Below, one piece after another: positions 49,766 through 60,604 of a stretch of DNA of 64,000 nucleotides; position 1 is the first letter of the stretch, and each line of letters opens with the position of its first letter. The DNA is from Zootoca vivipara (taxonomy: Eukaryota). The DNA is taken from NCBI RefSeq assembly GCF_963506605.1, contig NC_083279.1:73656001-73720000 (forward strand). The letters run 5' to 3'. The notes under the pieces were generated by a model, which saw only the letters and a list, made by a program, of their open reading frames with translations, searched no databases and had not been told where the DNA came from. A program made the position numbers and the translations under genes.

Positions 49766-49772
49766 TGACTGA

Positions 49773-49820
<48 letters not shown>
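49773..49820 (+). repeat. (GAT)16 microsatellite
   Basis: Perfect tandem run. Confidence 0.98.
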
Positions 49821-49822
<2 letters not shown>

Positions 49823-49903
49823 ATTTTATTAATGTGGGGTTTGTGGAGGGGCTGGCAGATTGGTCAGTTAAGCAGCTTGCTAGCCATAAACAGGACTGCA
49901 GTG

Positions 49904-50080
49904 ATCAGGAAGAACTTTCAGACAGTAGGAGCTGTTGAATAGTGGAACAGACTCAGTCATTGAAGGTTTTAAAGCAGAGGTTGGATGGTCTTCTGTCAAT
50001 AATGCTTTAATTGCGATTCTTGCATTGTAGGGGGTTGGATCAGATGTCCCTTGGGGTCCCTTCCAATGCTACAGTTCTAT
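49904..50080 (+). mobile_element. CR1 3' fragment with internal deletion
   Basis: ATCAGGAAGAACTTTC.GACAGTA.GAGCTGTT..AAGCAGAGGTTGGATGG..GGGGTCCCTTCCAA..TTCTAT. Confidence 0.85.
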
Positions 50081-50084
50081 AATG

Positions 50085-50360
50085 TGTCAGGGACTGGGCA
50101 GAGGAGGAGTGGTGGAGACTGCCTCCCCATCCTGACCCTTCCAGGGAGGAGGAAGAGGAATACAGTATAGATTTACAACAGTGGTTTGCGGGAGGTAACA
50201 GCTCAGAGGCAGATGAGGGGAAAAGTTGGCAAATAATGGGAGAGGAAGAAGAGGAGGCAGAACCAGAGTGGCAGCTGGCTGACACAGTGTCATTAGAAAG
50301 CATCCCAGACCCTCCATCTCCCAGAACCTGGTGAGCCTTAAAAGTAGGAGAGCATAGAGT
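50085..50360 (+). mobile_element. Truncated LTR-like repeat (Gypsy-type)
   Basis: Starts TGTCAGGGACTGG directly after the CR1 tail; purine-rich GAGGAG U3-like body; no CA terminus found. Confidence 0.45.
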
Positions 50361-52276
50361 ACACCCCATTGTCTCTCGAGACAGACAGAGGCAAACAAAT
50401 ATCATCATCTGAGAAGCTCAAGACGTACCATAGATGACTCTCGTTCCCCTTTTATCATTTATGAGCCAGGGATAGGCTCTCTAGATGTTGGACTACAACT
50501 CCCATCAGCCCCAGCCTGCATGGCCAGTGAACAGAGCTGAACAGTCCACTGTTGGCATGGACAGTTTCCCCATCCCTGTTTTAACCAGATTGCTTTTCTT
50601 TCTTCATTTCCTCCGTGCATACATTTCTTTCTTTCTCCAGCTAAAATAAAAATGCATTCATAAGCATAGGCTTATATTTCTTGCATGGAATATATAACAT
50701 TAAAGATAAATTGGAATGTTGCTCTGGATTTTTCTTTTTTTTAACACTTCACTTTTAAACAAATAAACAGTCCTTGGCACTATTTGCAGCAGAGCCTAGT
50801 GAATAATTCACAATGAATAATTGATTTGTTGAGTATAGCCAGTTTTTCGGCTTGTGTAATATCCATGAGCAGATGGAGACTGCATTGAATGTATTTGTTT
50901 TTCAAATTTGTATGATGGATTCCACCCCCTCCCTAATTTTCTACTCTAAGGGTTGGTGGTGAAATTCAAAAGGTGTATTTGAATTGCACATCCATTTTCC
51001 ATATAGTGAATGTGGATTTTCTTTGTGTTTCATGATTGGGTGGCTGCTGAAAATGTTGCAACTGAATGGTCACAAGTTTAACTTTGAATCCCCATCTTTG
51101 AAAGCACTTCTGTAGTTTTAGATAGGCATTTGTTGCATTAGATATTTGCAGAGAAAAGTAATAAATGAGGAACAAGGGGACTGTGGGGCTGTCCTGAGGA
51201 AGTGGCACACTGAATGGCCCATGGCCCATGGGTTCAATAGAGGAGGGCATTCGAAAGTTAGACCCAATTAAGGACAAGGCAGGGTAAAGTGTGCCAATGA
51301 TTTGGCCTTTGCTGTAAGCTCAAGCCCCCGGTCTCATGATCCCTGCCCCAGGTAATACAGTCCAAATTCCCACAAACTATCAGAACAGTATCAACTCCTT
51401 CTCAGCAAGGGCTCTTTCACCATCCTCCACTTCCTGGGTCCTCTCCAATGACATCAGCTGAGGACACCAGGAGCTCAGGCCAGTCTCAAGAAGATTGGTC
51501 ATTCAGCAATCGGGTCCCCTTAGCTTTTGGGGCCTAAGGCACCTCAAACATCCCTTTCCCAAAACTATGAGGCTTGGGAAGTGATAGATCCTGTGGTCCT
51601 GTTTCTGGTCCCTCCTTAAAATACCCTATGGGTAACATCCAATGTCCAGCTCCTCAGATATTCTCTCCCAAGAGGATGGGGTGATACGGGAGGCCTGTTT
51701 TCAGAGAGTTGTGTACCTCTCTGTTGGCTGGGGAAGAAACTACAGTGGAGAAAAGAGGTGGAGGTCCCTTGAGTCTCTGCTCTTCTCTTTCTCTAAAAAG
51801 TCAGTCTCCCTTCTCCTCTGATTATGACCTCTGAGCTACCTAAGTTGATAGGATCTAAGAGCCTATGTCCATTTATACAGCTAAATTAGCATTCAATGCA
51901 GATTGGTGTCCTCTTTTGTCCTACTTTTGGTGATGTAGAAGTAGGAACCCTACACTGAAATACTGAATCGTTTTTCTTATTTATTACTTTTTTTAAAAAA
52001 AAAAACCTCTCAAAGATGCTCATCTTGGTCTTTTTCAGGACAGATACAAACACACATATTACATATAAGATTTTTCCTCTGCAAGTTATTCCATTGCCCA
52101 CACTCAAGGGTTGTTTCCCAATATCTATATAAAATCTTCTGTGTTACAAGCAGAATCTATTATATATTTTTATTCTTGCCTTTACATAGGAATGCCACCT
52201 AAATGAAGAGAAGGTGAGGGATTCTATTTGTGGATTTCAAAGCTTAGGACAGGCAGATTTATAGGTTCTCTTAACC

Positions 52277-52412
52277 CAGGCATAGGTAAACTCGGCCCTC
52301 CATATGTTTTGGGACTACAACTCCCATCATCCCTGGCTAACAGGACCAGTGGTCAGGGATGATGGGAATTGTAGTCTCAAAACATATGGGGGGCCGAGTT
52401 TGCCTATGCCTG
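52277..52412. mobile_element. Palindromic hAT MITE, CAGGCATAGG-end variant
   Basis: TIRs CAGGCATAGGTAAACTCGGCCC / GGGCCGAGTTTGCCTATGCCTG; TSD TCTTAACC / ACTTAACC. Confidence 0.92.
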
Positions 52413-54164
52413 ACTTAACCTATAAATCCATACTGGTGTTTGTGTATTGTCAAATCCTCCTCCTCTTCCCACATGCACTGCAGATGTGCACACACACATT
52501 CAGGCCTCATGTGCAGCACAGTGTAGAATGACTACTTTCAAGCATCCATGAAATGCTGTCAGGAGTTGGGAGGTCCTAAGCCATGCAATACAAGCCACAA
52601 TCACTGCAGAAACATTAAACAGCACAAACCCTGAGTTTCTATGTCAGGTAGCTTTTGTGGGCAGGACGTTGGATCAGACCATCCCCCAATATTCGGTTGA
52701 TGACACAATCCTATACATATATACTCAGAAGTCCTTCCCATTTACTCCAATGGGACTTACTCCCAGATGAGCTGTACTCATATGATACTACTTTCTTCTT
52801 TTGCAGAAGGTTTTCTCCTTCATGTAAGTTTCATGAGTTTAGCTCAGTGGTCTTGGCAAGCAGATGCTTATCTTTATGACCTCTGTTTAGGTACATATGA
52901 AAATAGCCCTTTAGTCATCTTTCCTCTAAGCCGAACATATCCAGTTACTCTTCAACCCCTCCTTCTCATATCTATGGATCACATTGATCCATTTGTTTAT
53001 CTTTGATGCTCTACCTTGAAGGCAATCTGGCTTGTTGTCTATGTCCTTCATAGAGTACGTACAGCAATTAAAATGGGATACACTATTCTCATTGTGACCC
53101 AGAATAGAGCATTGCTAAACTGCACAGCCCCTTCCTGTATGATCATGTTCATGCAATGCAGAATGTCATTTTCCCTTTGCTAGCTGCAGAAATGGGTGTG
53201 CAGGGAGGAAAGGGGGGAGGGGCAACAACTTGGAATAGATGCCAAAGGCTGCTACAAAACATGAACAGTAACCAAACAGTGTAGCAATAAAAAGTTAATC
53301 AGATTTTAAAAATCCTTTAGGTTTTAATGAACAGCCTCAACTACCCCCAATCAAAGTTAATGAGAATTTTCCTTTGACTTCACTGGATGCCAAGCTCTAA
53401 TACCGCCCACAAGATGAAAAATCTGTGAAGTAAAGGAGCTGTGAAAAGCTCACAAACCATAAGTGCTTGGGCTGAGATTTCTGAGGAAGAAGCTGCATTA
53501 ATCTATATTTGTTAGTGAAGCTGCTTTACAAATGAACAACTCTGAAGGTCTGCTGCCTTCCTCATCTACTTTTCTTCTGTTAGATTACAAAGACTCACCA
53601 ATGTCTTTTCTGAGACAAACTTTTTCATATTCAGGAAGGGACCACTTCCTGAATATGTCAATAATTAACCGTTCTTCCTGTACACGACTTGCTCCTACTA
53701 TTTCCATTCCATCCGTCTATCTACTCTGACATCACAATGGAATTTCGCAGTGGAGTCAAAGCATTATCTCTGGCTTCCATTGGCTTAGCTGCACTGATGT
53801 CACAGAATACAGAATTGAAATGAATTTCAGTCATCCTCACTATTGTCCTCTGATAGTTTTCATGGCAAATACTCTCTGCTTGTTCAAATGTTTGCTGAAT
53901 TTAGATGAATGTTGGAACTTTGACATCAGCAAGTAGCATCCAAAGATTTTGCAGTAGTAGTAATATTTCACATTGGAACGAAGAAGCAGTGGAAGACCTT
54001 GGGCTTTCAGAATTCAGTGGCGGCCTGTGAGGTGCCAACATTGAATGCCCCCACCTCTCACTTTCTGTTGTTTGCCATTGTTATGATGCCCCCTGAGGTG
54101 CTCTCCCAATATGCTCCCCTAAATCTGCCTCTGAAAGAAGTTTACCCTATATAAGGTCAGATAG

Positions 54165-54392
54165 AAATAACTACATTGGAATCTCAAAATGAAGATACGG
54201 AAGTACTAAGGAAGTAATATAATGAAACGCAGTGGGGAGGGATTGGAGGAAGTTGACAAAGATAGAATTTATTGATATAAGAATGTTTCTGATATTTTTG
54301 TTTTGTTTTGTAATTTGTTTTTGTGTATACCTTGTGGGTTCTTTGTGTTGTATGTTTCATTTTGTAAAATCAATATTTATTTATTTAAAAAA
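54165..54392 (+). mobile_element. Possible L1-type 3' UTR remnant
   Basis: G-rich GGGGAGGGATTGGAGGAAG, then a long T-rich tract and an A-rich end. Confidence 0.3.
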
Positions 54393-54399
54393 GGAATCT

Positions 54400-54690
54400 C
54401 AAAATGACTAATCTGTCCCCCAAATTCTGAGCAAAGAGGTGTGTCTTGACTACCTGACAAAAAGAGCACAATGAGGTACTAGATGCACCTCCAAAGGGAG
54501 GAACTTCCATAGCTGGGGTGAAGACCCAAGGAGAATATTCCACTGCTCCTTGGATTCTGAAGCATATCTGCCAAGTTCTCCCTTTTTTAAAGGGAAATTC
54601 CCTTATGCTGAATAGGCTTCCTCGTGAGAAAAGGGAAAACTTGGCAGCTATGTTCTGAAGGGTGGTAGCATCTTCAGCAGGGCTTTCCTC
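54400..54690 (-). mobile_element. Decayed L2 3' fragment split by a MITE
   Basis: Minus frame ...SLCSFCQVVKTHLFAQ matches the L2 terminal FRR.VKT.LF motif. Confidence 0.55.
54563..54652. mobile_element. 90-bp hAT MITE (same family as 31655)
   Basis: TIRs CATATCTGCCAAGTT / AACTTGGCAGCTATG; perfect TSD TTCTGAAG. Confidence 0.92.
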
Positions 54691-56235
54691 ATGCAAATTT
54701 CATTTTTCTGCATTATATTGGTGTCCTGGTAAGATGAAATGCAACTTGAAGTTTGAACTCTGTTGAACAGATCACATTCATTATGCATGAAAATCAGGTC
54801 AGCTTAGACTAGAAACTGAATGCATATATGTATAGAAATGTGAGGAGGGTTTTTGTTTGTTTGTTTCTAAAGGAAGCCCATGTGAAATCAATGCTGAAAT
54901 TTGTATATATGTTTCACTAGTGAACCAATTAAGTGGTTCACTACTTTTGTGTAGAAAAATTTGGCTCAAGAGAAAGTCAATTGCCTGGAGGGGATGGTGG
55001 AAACCTCTGAATTAACAAGCATAAATCTATGGCAATTATATATAATGGGCTTTCAAATGACCAGATGGATTAGATTGGTAGAGCGGTTTTGGAGTCATTT
55101 TATTTAAAATACACATATGTATTTTGAGCAAAAATGGCCTCTGTGTAACTTCTATTTGTGGACAATAAAACTGGGGTGTCTGCCTCCCAAATATGCTTGA
55201 AGGGAAAGAAATGGAATTTTCAAAAAAAATTCCTGAGAATATTTTCTCAGAAATTTCAGCTCATTACATGTAGGACAAAACAGTATTGTTAATTTGTATT
55301 GACTGAAGCAATGAGTTATGAAAGAAGGAATGCACTGAATAGAAACTAATACCATTGTTTCTTTCAACAGTATCAAGATAATATTAAACACTATTAAAAT
55401 GGGATAGACAGATGTGCAAGATATTCATGGGGAGGCCATTTTACTGATCTGATTTATTTATTTATTTTTAAAAAGGCAGAAAGACTGATCACATGCAAGA
55501 GACATATGCCAGAATGGGTTCAAAGCCAGATCTTTGAGGAAAAGGGAATGGTTTCTGATATTCCAGAGAGGAGTTGCAGGAAGGGAAGCACAAATGAGTT
55601 GCACTTCCTCTTACTGTGCTTCTGAAATTTTGTTTCAAAAGTAATTTGCGTGGGGAGAAAGCTCAAGCTGTTTCTCCATCTGGAGCTTCTGCATTCCACC
55701 CCATGCCAATTTCATTTTGAGTATAATGTTGGATGCATGTGGAGAAGAAGTGTAACATGCAGTGCTTCTTTAGAACATCAGAAGCCATCCTCCATCCTTC
55801 ACTTCTCTTCAGTCTGAAACTTGCCTTACTTTGTCTTTCTCCTTCTTACAAATTAGAAAGAATACCAATTCCCCACACCACAATTTAAGCGAAAAGCACC
55901 TCTGTGGTGCTAGACCAGGTGATCTGGTAAAATCCAAGTGTGGTTGCATCACCAACATTTCCCTTTTCCAGAAATCCAGGTAACATCATTTGAAGGAAAG
56001 CACATTAGTCTGTACAGTTTACAATCAATGAATGCACATTTCATTTGTCATTTCTTACATCTCATTTTGGTTCAATTGGCTTAAAGTTGAACCTGGTTTC
56101 CTTTCATCAAATGGTTTATAATATACCAAAGTCTTTATGGTAGCACTTTACAGTCCATTTTAAAATTCTTTGCTACTGGGCCTCAACATGTCACAGATCG
56201 TGTAACTTTATTTAATGGTACTCTATGTTTCTGCA

Positions 56236-56588
56236 GGGGGATGCGGGTGGCGCTGTGGGTTAAACCACAGAGCCTAGGGCTTGCTAATCAGAAGGTTGGT
56301 GGTTTGAATCCCCATGACGGGGTGAGCTCCCATTGCTCGGTCTCTGCTCCTACCAACCTAGCAGTTTGAAAGCACATCAAAGTGCAAGTAGATAAATAGG
56401 TACCGCTCCGGTGGGAAGGTAAATGGCATTTCCATGTGCTGCTGTGGTTCACCAGAAGCGGCTTAGTCATGCTGGCCACATGACCCGAAAGCTGTACACC
56501 GCCTCCCTCAGCCAGTAAAGTGAGATGAGCACCGCAAGCCCAGAGTCGTCCGCACTGGACCTAATGGTCAGGGGTCCCTTTACCTTTA
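56236..56588 (+). mobile_element. Sauria SINE, full length
   Basis: Colinear with the 25423 copy; 12-bp TSD TATGTTTCTGCA. Confidence 0.95.
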
Positions 56589-56611
56589 TATGTTTCTGCA
56601 TGTGCTGTAGG

Positions 56612-57033
56612 TAGGGGGGAGTGAGGGGCAGATAGGGCTCATCAACTTGGGAAGGTAGACCATCTAGGAGAATGAAATCTCTGATCCTAAATCTCCACTG
56701 CCTTGTTGTATATCTTCAAGAGAAGAAAAGGCTAAGAGTAAACCCCACACAAATCTGGAGTGGAATCCCTAATACAGCTGGATAGCACCGTGTATGGTTC
56801 CTTCTGGCAACTCCTGCAGTGAAGCTGGTGCCAGACGTATTGCTCTGATTTTCTTTGGACCACATCAGCAAGACCGAGAGAGAAATCTTATCACCTGGGC
56901 AGCTCAGGACCTCCATACACACAGCCCAGGCTTGTGTCCTGGGGAAGTCACTCGGGTGCTGCTAACGTAGCAGTTTGACATCACCCCCGAGACATACTCC
57001 ATTGCCTCTTGAGACAGATGGATCCTGAACACA
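56612..57033 (+). mobile_element. Non-coding RTE-related retroposon (RTE 5'UTR-like head)
   Basis: GGGGCAGATAGGGCTCATCA..CATCTAGGAGAATGAAATCTCTGATCCTAAA resembles the RTE 5' UTR motif CTAGGAGAAGGAAAACTCTGA. The 3' end CCATTGCCTCTTGAGACAGA recurs at about 50366 (CCATTGTCTCTCGAGACAGA). Confidence 0.45.
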
Positions 57034-58545
57034 TACTCCAATGAAACCAATGGGACTTGTAAGTGTAGAAATGAATGCAAGATCGAAGCCATGAAGATAT
57101 TTGGATCAGCCACTGATGCAGTAATTCCTCTCTATATATTTTTTCTGAAGCCTTCATTCACCTTTTGGTATGACACTGTTTGATAATATATCATTCATTT
57201 TAAAGCTACAAGTATTCAGGAAGTGTATGTGCCATGCCAAAGACATCATTAATTTATTTCCCATCATTATAGTGTAGTTCCCTTGTTCTCTTCTTGTTTG
57301 TGTAATTCTAAAACACTTTGCCATTCATTTAGTTTCTTGGACAAGATCCAATTTGACTTTTAGCAAGCCTGTTCCTACTCTTACATTTTCTGCTTCTGGT
57401 TTCCACAGACTCTTTGCTTTGTTGCTATATTCTCCGTATGATAATTATGATTATTACCCAGATCACGCTGCAATTATTTTCCCCCATCTAAAAAACAAGA
57501 ATCAGTACTACTGGCCTATCTAGTAAAGTTATTTGAAGGACGACGTGTGTGCCTTGAACACTCAAAATACCAAATATGCAGCAGATGAAGATCCCCCCCC
57601 CCAATACTGTAAAAACAAAGTTAAATTTATATAACCCAGTGTGCCGTAGATAAATGAAAATTCAAATGTCTTCCATTATTAATGCTATGTTTCCCCTTTT
57701 CTAACAACCTTTGGTACAAACCAAATCAAACAGAATCATCACCTGTCCCTCACCTGTCTCAATGCCTGCTTTAGTCAGCTGTCAATTAACTTTTGCAATT
57801 TGCAGCCAAACATGATTAGTAGAACCAGGCCAGGGCATCTAGGCCACAGACTGTGCTGCTCGGCAGCAGCAGATGGCCAGGTGGGCCAGCAGCACTTACC
57901 TGACTTCCTAGGAGTGCTGCTGCTTACTGGAAGGGAGACCGGGAGGGGCAAAGTGGCAGGGAGTTTGTTGCTGTGCTAATGCAGTGGCTGGAGCACTGCA
58001 TTGAAATGCATACATTGAGATAAAATATGTATTTAAATTCTTATCTAAACACAGATTAATGAAGAAATAGGAAAAACGTATGACACAGACCTGAAAAGGA
58101 CTCAACCATCAATTCCTAAATTCTCTTGTGCTTCATTGCTCCTTTCTGAAATGAAGAGGGGACCACTTCCTGACATGGCAGAGGATACAGCTTTATTTGA
58201 ACCTTCATCCCCCATCTACATCCCTCTCTTCTTCCTCTACCCATGTTCTTACCCCTCCCTGCCCTCCCTCTATTTTGCTTCCAACAACACAGTTTCTAAA
58301 TGCCTATGCACCAGCGTGGCTGACTGAAAAGGAATCCGGCTTTATTTCATGCCATTTCGTTAGTCCAGGATTCTGCACTCAGCAGCTTTTCCTAGCAGGA
58401 TCCCTTGGAGTACTCTAAAAGTCGACAGCGAGTGTGTGAAAAGTCTCGGCTCAGGCCTACCCTAGGGGCAGGCAGGATGGACCGAACACCTGCTACAAGG
58501 TTCCTCCTTCCAAAGGATCCCGACACAAAGCAGCACTTGGCTCAC

Positions 58546-58844
58546 CAAAGTGAATTCCGTAGGCTGGGCTCAGGCACATTGCGGCCGCACACTTCTATAA
58601 TACAAGCATTTTGGCAGGTACATGGACAACAGCGTGTTTTCATGCCAGAACTGAGGAGCATTGGCAGGATTGGATTTGGGGGTGCTCTGGACTGGAATAG
58701 CAAGGAGGGGTGCGAGTCAGAGGAACTGGCAAAAGTGAAAGGTAGGGGACTGGGGAAACAGATGGTGCTGGTATCAGCCGCTATTAGATCATGGAGATAA
58801 TGGCTTTCAGCCCCCTTGTTTTTCTTATTTTCCATCATGTTCAT
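58546..58844 (-). CDS. Candidate first coding exon of an unidentified host gene (99 codons + 2 nt, phase-2 donor)
   Basis: Non-repetitive ORF MNMMENKKNKGAESH...MKTRCCPCTCQNACIIEVCGRNVPEPSLRNSL stays open exactly to a donor TTG|GTGAGC. The third ATG has a strong Kozak context (atgATGg), CpGs are retained, and there is an upstream TATA box. Confidence 0.5.
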
Positions 58845-58933
58845 TTATCTCCTCCAAGCTGGCACCAATCATCCAAACTGGCAGTTTCAGGCAGACACAT
58901 TCCCACAGTATCTCTATGCATTGGCTTCTGTGC

Positions 58934-58936
<3 letters not shown>

Positions 58937-58974
<38 letters not shown>

Positions 58975-58995
58975 CACAACACAACACAACACAAC
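58937..58995 (+). repeat. (AC)n then (ACAAC)n compound microsatellite
   Basis: Direct reading. Confidence 0.96.
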
Positions 58996-59140
58996 TTTGG
59001 TATGGTCTGCAGCCCATCCCCAGCTTCTCCTAGGCTTCTTTCTTATGTATCCTGCTTCACACGCACACACACATACACACAGCGCCTTGGCTGCATGTGC
59101 CAGGCTGCTTCACAAAAGTATAGACACAGAGAAACCCTTT

Positions 59141-59142
<2 letters not shown>

Positions 59143-59179
<37 letters not shown>
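59143..59179 (+). repeat. (AC)n microsatellite
   Basis: Direct reading. Confidence 0.97.
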
Positions 59180-59180
<1 letters not shown>

Positions 59181-59289
59181 CCGAGTTGTCTGGGGAGCTG
59201 TGATGCTGGCTGGCTCATTTCCCCCCTCCCTCTCCCTTTTATTTCCCCTCACCCCAAGTGGATTGCGTCGCAGTCCTGGAACAAACCCG

Positions 59290-59345
59290 ACAAGGTCACA
59301 CTGTTTGATTCCGATGTCAGTTTCAATTACGCTGCAGCTTTTATA
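59290..59345 (-). promoter_or_regulatory. Putative TATA-box core promoter (predicted TSS about 59315)
   Basis: Consensus TATAAAAG at 59345-59338 on the minus strand, in a repeat-free, CpG-containing segment about 500 bp upstream of the candidate ATG; nuclear-receptor half-site CAAGGTCA at 59291-59298. Confidence 0.45.
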
Positions 59346-60035
59346 ACCAAATCAAAATACAAAAGGCTAAAAAAGAGAGACAGTGAGAAGACGAAGCAGG
59401 ATCCAGCTGCAGGCTGGGAAATGACATTTCAATTTGTCAATTGATCCATTCCCCCCCTTTTGAGGGTTCCCCCCCCACCTTCTCCTCCTCTTTTCTTTTC
59501 TGCCCGGGTAGTTAATTAGCATGTTTACATTGTAGATAACCAAGAAGGGGACATGGGCCCTTTGCCAGTGGGGATGCTCAAACCTGGCTACTCCCTATAT
59601 GCTTTAAGTCTTTGGGATTGTTGTACTAGTATTTCTGGATATATAAGGGCTTCTTTTATAAACACATGCACATAAAATAAACAACTAGAGCATCTACTCT
59701 TGCTGCCCACATACCCTGACTGGCAATAGCTAGATAAAATCAACACCATATAATTTTTTGCAGAATGGACTGAAGCCTTTTGACTTCATTAATCCTACTG
59801 TGAATTGTGGATTTTGATTTCTCTTCCCTTTTAACTCAAGCAAATTTAAATAAAGTCAATACACTTTAAAAATAATGCTATTCAAGGGCATTTTATAGGT
59901 AGATCTCCCATGGCAACAGCATAAAATGTAGGCAATATTTGCGTAGATATTTTTTATGTATTGGGCATTACAAAGAAGAGACAGGCCCAAAACGTAAGAC
60001 ACTGAGGCCAAGGCACTCAAAAGACAGACTGGATA

Positions 60036-60278
60036 CAGTGGTCTCTTGGTAGTCAAATGCCTTGGCTCCCGAACAAATCGGCTCCCAAACGCTGCAAACC
60101 CGGAAGTGAGTGTTCTGATTTGCAAATGTTTTTTTGGAAGCCGAACATCCGACACGGCTGCTGCGGCTTCCAACTGAGTGCAGAAAGCCAATCGGAAGCT
60201 GCTTCTTGGTTTTTGAACCGTTTTGGGAGTCAAATGGACTCCTGGAATGGGTTAAATTTTAGAACCAAAGTACCACTG
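60036..60278. mobile_element. Tigger/pogo-like MITE
   Basis: TA flanks; ends CAGTGGTCTCTTGGT / ACCAAAGTACCACTG; body related to the element at 63264-63755. Confidence 0.85.
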
Positions 60279-60435
60279 TACTGTACTTGAAACTGGTTTG
60301 TTGTACCAAGGGAGGCAACAATTAGGAGTGAGGACAAAGGAGGAGGAAGAGAAAGGTGGAGGTGGTCTGTAGCTAGGAAGAAAATACATTGAGTTTCTTT
60401 GAGCAGCAAGGAAGCCTGGCTGGAGAATGGCTGAT

Positions 60436-60604
60436 TGGCCATGGTTCAGTGGTAGAGCATCTGCTTTCTGAAGGTTCCAGGTTTAGTTCCTGATGTCTCC
60501 AGATAGGCCTGGGAGTGAGTGTAGTCAGAAACCTTGAAGGATGCAATTGTGAGCCAGATGGACCAAGGGTATGACTTGGTATAAGGCAGCATCCTACGTC
60601 CCTA
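60436..60604 (+). mobile_element. tRNA-derived SINE with CR1-like tail
   Basis: TCAGTGGTAGAGCATCTGCTTT..GAGCCAGATGGACCAA..TATAAGGCAGCATCCTA. Confidence 0.75.

Noticed and set aside
49681-49938. Poly-Met, poly-Asn, poly-Ile, poly-Pro and HT/CV-repeat ORFs here and elsewhere
   Set aside because: Translations of microsatellites.
58405-58800. 131-aa plus-strand ORF
   Set aside because: Non-ATG start, no recognisable homology, and antisense to the better-supported minus-strand exon candidate.
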